Of a stretch of 64,000 nt of DNA, positions 57,449 to 64,000 are shown piece by piece. The DNA comes from Zygnema circumcarinatum SAG 698-1b (lineage: Eukaryota; Plantae; Zygnematophyceae), in NCBI GenBank assembly GCA_037447605.1, contig CM074813.1:2480001-2544000 (forward strand), written 5' to 3'. The translations under genes and the position numbers were made by a program. The notes beneath the pieces are model-generated. The model had not been told where the DNA came from, ran no database searches, and was given only the letters and a program-made list of their open reading frames with translations. How positions within the stretch are numbered: the stretch's first letter is position 1; every line of letters begins with the position of its first letter.

Positions 57449-59239
57449 ATCCGTGTAAAGCACATGCTCGTGCAGGGAGCGGTAGAGGGTGGGAATCTTC
57501 AGCCCACCTCGATAACAATCTGGACAGCCTGCATCGCATGGTAAGCCCTGCAAGTTTATCCCCCATGAAGCAGTTGACGGGCCTGGTACTCGTGGTTTCT
57601 TCTGGGGTAACTAGCTTTCTACCACCGAATGAATCGAGCTGACCTTCATGCAAAGTTCAAAGACCGGTTGCTCGCATGTTTTAGAGGGAGAGGATCTGCT
57701 TAGTTTGCCGATCCTTCATGAGCTGAAAAAAATTGACCATCATTTTTTTTGGTGGAACCAGCTTCTCTGTACGATAATATGATGTATGTATGTATGTATG
57801 TATGTATGTATGCATGAATGATAAATAAACTGTCAAGGAAGTGTAATGGTGTGTCCATATATGTACCGGGAAAACATGATGGTGCAGGTGGGCTATTGTG
57901 AGAATGATGTGGACTGCAGAAGGTCTTTGCTTTTGGCCCACTTCGGGGAGAAGTTCGAGGCGAGTAACTGCCGGTCCACATGCGACAATTGCAGCAAAGG
58001 GCTGTCCTTTGTGGACCACGATGTTGCGGATGCAGCCAAGCAGCTGATATCTCTCAAACAAACGAAGTCTACTGAACGTTGTTCCTTAACTCCTGTGAGT
58101 TTGTTTGGTTGGAATTGACTGTTTAATCACCCTTGGGTCTGGTAGTATTTCCATCAGTCTTGTCGACGAAATCGACAAAATTGAAAAACGAAATTGTTTG
58201 TTTCACTCATTCAGCAAGCTTCTCTCAGCCTAATCGTTCCACCATATGCAGATCAAGACAATGTAGGCTATCTTTCCATTGAATAAATAACGAGAATGGG
58301 CTTTCACCTTCGAACTGTTGCAGATCACGAAGTTTGGGCACGACAGAATACCCCTTCATGGAGTTGCGCAGAAGTATAGCAAAAGTGAGGCGGAGCGAAT
58401 CCTGCATCGGATGGTGGAGGGGGGTCTAATTTTAGAGGATGTGTGCAAAAGTGACACTTATGGCTCCATTTCATCTGTTCTCAAGGTACAACGCTCTAAA
58501 CTAACGACTTAGTCTACCTGCTTATTAAGCTCAAGACATCTTGCTTGGGGGCTCCAATTGGGTATTGTGCTGACAGGTCCCACTGCACTTTTTTTCAGGT
58601 GAATGGTGAAAAGGCAAACGCTCTTGCAGCTAATCAGATCAGGTTCACACTCAGATACTGCACAAGAGCTAATGTTCTCATGATAGCTAGCTTTGTGCTT
58701 GAACCTGTTTTGCTGCAGGCAGATTCTCCATACATGGCATGTTTGGTGGCAGGTAGCTTGATTGGTTGATATTCATCGAATCTGGATGAAAAACTGCAGT
58801 TGTGTATACTGTGAAAAAGCACAACAAGTCTCAAAAAGTGACAATAGTCTGCATGCTGAGTATCTTTCAGATGTTACAGTTACCGGCCGTAGAAAAGACG
58901 TTGGTATTGACAGGGTAGTGAATGAGCATCTGCAGTTTTTCAATTTGGAAACCGTTCACATCGGCACGTTCATTTCATTAGCATGTACGCAAAGAGTCAC
59001 CTAAAAAAGAATTGCAAAAAAAAACTTGTGAAAACTCCCTCAATATAGAATAGGCAACCGTCAGTTGCTTTGCTTCGATCTTTGCATCATAAAAGCAACG
59101 CTCCTTGTTGCCTGTAAAATCCTTCGGCAGGTTTGCAGCATCGAAGAAATTATCAAAAAAAGATCCGCTTCCTGCAACAAAGGCATCGCCCCAGAAAGTA
59201 TCTGCGCCCGTACGCCCCCCTGAGAACAATGTGTATACA
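57449..59239 (+). pseudogene. RecQ4A/B-type helicase C-terminal fragment (Zn-binding plus winged helix/RQC), disrupted
   Basis: IRVKHMLVQG.../...NNLDSLHRM (frameshift in a 92-nt exon)|VGYCENDVDCRRSLLLAHFGEKFEASNCRSTCDNC|ITKFGHD..LHG..SKSEAERILHRMV..LILEDVCKSDTYGSISSVLK|VNGEKANAL..TLR|FAASKK. No helicase core or HRDC domain seen. Confidence 0.8.
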
Positions 59240-59967
59240 GTACGGAAGGAAGTCCTGTTGTCTTTTCTTCATTTGCTTCCACTTTGCCTCTCAGCCCAAC
59301 TTCAATGCGTTGGACTGCAAAGACAAGCAGCAGAAATGATGTCAGGACGTAGCAACTTAAATTTTTTTTTTTGTTTGGATTTGGGTTGCTTGAGATTGAG
59401 TAGACTGAGAGAAGGATCCCTTGTTTGGCTTTCCATAAGCTTGGTCTCATTTGACAGTCGAAGCTCTGCTTTGACTTTCATTCTGGGTGCGGCTTTCGCT
59501 TCGGTTTGAATTGAGAAGGTCTCTCTCATTGTGAGTTCCGATGTTGTTCACCTTTGGATTAAGCATGTGACGAGCGCACTGTGGCCGTTCCAGCTTTCTG
59601 GGACCATTCAACCATGTGCAAAAAATTTCATATTTTTATCCGTACAATACGTTAACGACTCAGCGAATCGTTGAGTGTATACACACGTGTGCGACGAATT
59701 GGGCAGGTGAAGGCGGGCAAGTGAAAGGAAAGAAACAATTTCACTGACGGCCTCCCAGTGCATGACAAAACTGGGAGCCAAAACTTTGGGGTGCTGGCTC
59801 GGAAAATTAAGCCACGTGGCATTACCTCATTGGCTTGCTTGCGTAGCAAGGAAGAGTTTCAGCCCTTCTCAGCGTCGCCCCTAACGGCTCCATGTGGGCG
59901 TGTCGCGCTTTACAGCGAACTGGACACATAGAACCTCTGCCAGACCGGGATACAGTATCTGGGCTGC

Positions 59968-60039
59968 GCTGTCATAGACCACGGTGAACCGTCACACGGA
60001 GCAGCGAACCGGTCGCGGGTTCGAGCCTCGCCCACGGCA
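59968..60039 (+). other. Degenerate tRNA-like sequence (tRNA pseudogene or SINE head)
   Basis: 72 nt. A-box-like TAGACCACGG; T-arm GCGGG-TTCGAGC-CTCGC; partial acceptor pairing GCTGT/ACGGC followed by A. The anticodon stem does not pair. Confidence 0.45.
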
Positions 60040-60507
60040 AAAGAAACCACTAGTGACAGCAAGCTTTGAATTCGAATACAATTCCTAAACTGCGATTTTC
60101 CTGAGTTGGTTAACCAGCGCAGTTACTAATTAGTTATTAGTTATTAATCCTGGATCATTATCCAGTGGCGATGCGCCACGTGTAAAAGCTCAACCTACAA
60201 AGTATTGTACTCATGTTGTCTCATGCTCAGGGTCCTTCATAGGTTTTGGACGAACCGGACAACGTGACAAATAATGTGAAAGTTAGTTAGCCTACTGCAC
60301 ATGCACCATTCCTGTGAAGGAAGCAAGCTAATGCTGCATTCCCTTATCCTCTGGCAAACTGCAGGACAGAAGATCCAAAAAAAAAGATAAACAGCGATCC
60401 AATCACGGACTGCCACGTTTCATATTTTCCGACGTGGCAAGATGCGATTGGTCAAGTCAAGGAGGATATTCCCCGCCCACAGTCGCCTCTGCTCCCAGTC
60501 GCCAGCC

Positions 60508-61472
60508 ATGGCCATGGCCATGGCGGGGGCCCTCCCTGCGGCCCTCCCGCATGGCCATGGCGGGGCCTGCAAGGGCTCGCGGGGGGAAAGGCTTGCGCCT
60601 TTTTCAGCTGAGGGAGGAGAGCGGTCCCTGAGGAGCTCTTTCGCGCTTGGCTATGGCGGAGGATTGCGCAATTCAGATGCTGCAAGAGGCAGAGGAGAGA
60701 GGACGCCACGTGGCAAGTTGAGGTGCATTGGTGGCTCCGTCCAGGAGGTTGGGAAAGGGTTGGTTGAAAGGGCCGTGCCTGCAGTGCGGAGGCACGAGGG
60801 ATGGAGGTGGGAGAGGAAAGGGAGGGAGGGGGGGACGAGGGGGAGTGGCCATGGAGGGCGAGTTGGAGATGAGGGGCAAGAGAGTGCGTCCGTCTCCGTA
60901 GAAACGCTTTGCAGGTATTGGACGGTGCCTGAAAAGTGGCCATTAGCCTCGCTTCCTTCTCCCCCTCGTTTACTTTTTCCCATTAGTGACGGACGTTGTC
61001 TTGCCGTATCTGCTTGTTTTACTAGGCTTAAGTTGAGCATTACATTTTTGTTTGCTCCGAGTGACGGCAAGGAATCATGCAGAAGGGAGATTGTAGATCT
61101 GCATTGCCGTAGAGATGCCGATGTCGAAGACAATCCGTACATGCTTACATGCAGCTACATTGCAATTCTGGAGTCAGAGCTTCTGCTCAAGTTTTTGCAT
61201 TACAAGGTCCTGTCACTAATTCTGGATTATATTATATGCGATTTACCTGGTTTAGCCATCCATACGCCTTGAACAATGCTGCAACCACGACATTTTGTAT
61301 GGCAACTTTCTAGCATGGCAATGCTGTTAGATTCAAACAAAATGCAATTCAATGAAGTGCATTACACGTCTGAGATAATAGGCCTCTTGTTAAACACTTG
61401 TTGCCTTCGTCATGTACCAACACTACAGGGACTTGTCACTGTCTGTATATGCGCGCAGAGAGAGAGGGAGTT

Positions 61473-61524
<52 letters not shown>

Positions 61525-64000
61525 NNNNNNNNNNAGAGAGAGAGAGAGAGAGAGAGAGGGGGAGAGGGAGAGGGATGGGGGAGGTGAAGGGGGAGGGCAG
61601 GGTGGAAGTGGCAGGAGGCAGGGGGTAGGAGCGGACCAAACATGTTGGCTTCTTTCATCTTTCTGGAGTGGAGGCGGATGTGATGTCTTTCTCAAGAACA
61701 TGTTTTTGAGGATGGATGTCTCGGGCAGGGATGTGCTTGTAGCCAGTGATGCCGGTGAGCTGGCAGCCACTATGGAGCCATGGATTGGGCAACTGTCAAG
61801 ACAGCATGTGGCTGCTGTGATTCAGCAGGTGAGAACAGCAACCGTTTTTCTTATCTGCAAAAAACAAATCACGTTCGGAAACCACTCCACCACTACCACC
61901 ACCTGTGCTCCACTTTTGGATCCTTTTAGACTCCATGAATCCTAGGAAGTCTCGCAACAATTCGTCAAAAGCCCACTGAGGCAGCAACAATGTTTGTGCT
62001 GCCATTTCCATGTCTATATGCTCACTTGCCAGAATTCGCAAGAAGGAAACCCGCTCTATTGATCTGAAACTGCAGCATAGAGATGTTCCAAGTGGCGTTC
62101 TAGGAGCAAGATTGGAGGCGTGCTTTGGCAGTACATGATTGGATGGTGGAGAGAGGGGGGCTCACTCCCTCTCCCTTCACATACAATCTGGTCATCCGCG
62201 CTGCCTGCCGGGCAGGAGAGTGGAGGATGGCAGAGGGGCTCGTCCGAGAGATGGAGGAGGCCTCCTGCAAGCCGGATAAGTACACCTTCAGGTGAGGAGT
62301 GGGAGAGGGGAGTGAGAGCTGTGGGGGCTTAGCTTGGGGGCAGAGGGAGAGAGGGAGAAAGGTCACACTGTTACTTATCAGCTACATGAATAACGTTGTA
62401 GCGTCTCTTTCGCATTAGGAAATGCTTGCACGATTCTCGCCTCTACCGTTCGTTTGTCTCTGTGCTTCTCACCCTCTCCCCTCTCTTCCCGCCCTCCTTC
62501 GCTCTCGCACACAGCATTATCATCAGCTTCCTGGGAAAGGCGGGAAGGCGAAAGGAAGCCATGGAATGGCTGCAGAGGATGAAGGCAGCAGGATGTGTGG
62601 CAGACCTCGTGACTTTCACCACCGTCATAGATATGCTCGCCGGCTATGGAGACCATCTCCAAGCAGTCGCCACCTTCAGGCACAGTTCGAAACTGTCCTT
62701 TCTTTCTCCCCTATCAGTTCAGTTTCAGCTTCTTCCATGCCCTGAACCGTGAGAAAATCTTCTCATCAAAACGAAGTACGTGCAGGGCGATGCGAGATGC
62801 ATGTGTGCAGCCCGATGGGGTGCTTTATAACGCCATGTTGGGACTGTACGGAAAGATGGGGGCATGCACGGAAGCACGGCAGCTGATGCGGGAGATGAGA
62901 GGGAGAGGATTTGCCCCAAATGCTGCCACCTATGGAAACCTTATCAAGGCCTTTTCTCAGGCTAAGAAGTACAATGAAGCCATTCAGGTCAGGATTGCGG
63001 TACTCTATTTACACTCGTCGGAACTCTCTCACTCTCACTCTCACTCTCTCGCCCTCCCTCCCTCCGCCCCCTACTTCTCCCGCACTTTTTCTCTCTCTAT
63101 CGTCAAAAGAGGTTGTCTGCCCACATATTGGCCTACCCGGTGCAGATTCTGGAATCATTTTCTCTCTACTCCTTTTAGGTGTTTAGCTTCTGAAGAGTGA
63201 GAAAGTGAGGGAGGGGAGAGGGTTCAGGTGTTTGAGGAAATGCTGAGTGATGGCGACCGGCCTGACTGCCCCATCTCCAACATGATGATAAATGTCTATG
63301 GCTGCGTTGGCCTTCCCAAAGCGGCAGAACAGATTTTCCGGAATCTCCGAAAGTGAGTGCGAATATTGCATTGTTTGGAAGTTCTTATTTCTCCTATCTC
63401 ACGGCAAGCCCACCTCCATGTCAACTATGTGCTCGGGAGAGCCCAGTTTTCAAATGCATAAAGTTTGAGGAGAGAAAGAATTGCATTTAGACGTTTCGGG
63501 TGTTTGTTATCATCGCATATCTTGTAAGAAATCACCAGTATAGCTTCGAGCAGGGTCCTATACACTGGGTTTTGTGGACCGCAAAAGGCTAGTCGGACCT
63601 GCTTTATGAGATCGTCTACTTTGTCGTATGAAAGGTTTCGTTATTGGGTCCGAGAATGCATCTCAAGTGCTATTTTTTTCTTCATTTTCAGATGGAATAT
63701 TATGCCGACTGTGGTGAGCTACAACTGCATGATTAAAGCCTATGGAGAAAATAAGATGCGACCTGAGGCCCTCGCTCTCTTCCAAAAAATGCCGGTATGG
63801 CGGCCCTCCTAGAGAGAGAGAGAGACACTGATAGAGACAAAGAGAACGAGAGAGGGACATGGAAGAAGAGAGAGAGAGAGAGAGAATTTGATTTTCTCCA
63901 GGTTTTTGGAGAGGTGCAGGCAGAAGGGCTTGCTCCTAACCTTGCGACGTACAACACAGTGATGAAGGTTCATGCTCTCGCCATGGAGGGGGGAAAGGCC
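60508..64000 (+). CDS. P-class pentatricopeptide-repeat protein, similar to Arabidopsis At5g39980 (PDM3/EMB3140); truncated by window end
   Basis: Transit-like exon 1 (60508-60914); ...GQLSRQHVAAVIQQ|EQDWRRALAVHDWMVERGGLTPSPFTYNLVIRA..PDKYTFS|..PDGVLYNAMLGLYGK..PNAATYGNLI|..PTVVSYNCMIKAYGE. Confidence 0.88.
61478..61557. repeat. (GA)n microsatellite containing a 10-N assembly gap (61525-61534), in PPR intron 1
   Basis: Direct reading. Confidence 0.95.

Noticed and set aside
60015-60054. Helitron 3' end (hairpin then CTAG|T) closing the mosaic block
   Set aside because: The hairpin is the tRNA-like T-arm and lies ~18 nt from CTAG, and no 5' TC end could be assigned. Too weak.
61276-61770. 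ERERER / SLSLSL ORFs and the N-run
   Set aside because: An intronic GA microsatellite with an assembly gap; not coding.

Overview
Gene-dense nuclear DNA from an intron-rich, non-seed streptophyte. A streptophyte alga or bryophyte-grade plant is inferred from gene content and intron patterns. Twelve apparently intact spliced genes are recognisable: IDD/BIRD zinc-finger exon 1, KELP/PC4, RFC2, an EEF1AKMT4-like methyltransferase, a SEC-C/YchJ protein, a SIG1/SIGX-like plastid sigma factor, a TPR-DnaJ protein, a steroleosin-like SDR, a group C/D-like MAPKK, an F-box/kelch protein, an ACR9/10-like ACT protein and LSM1. A PDM3-like PPR gene runs off the right end. Between LSM1 and the PPR gene (about 52-60 kb) is a block of broken gene pieces: an ankyrin pseudogene, isolated 72-nt LRR exons and a frameshifted RecQ4 C-terminal fragment. 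That block also holds the most striking structure in the window, a ~555-bp fold-back made of two diverged copies of one coding first exon, nested inside a second ~100-bp, ~97% identical inverted repeat. Other highlights are two MITEs stacked at one AAT target site, an ACR start codon apparently assembled by splicing, CATG-rich promoter minisatellites and a ~290-bp intronic TTC tract. Exon boundaries and homologies were read by hand from remembered family sequences. No searches were run.
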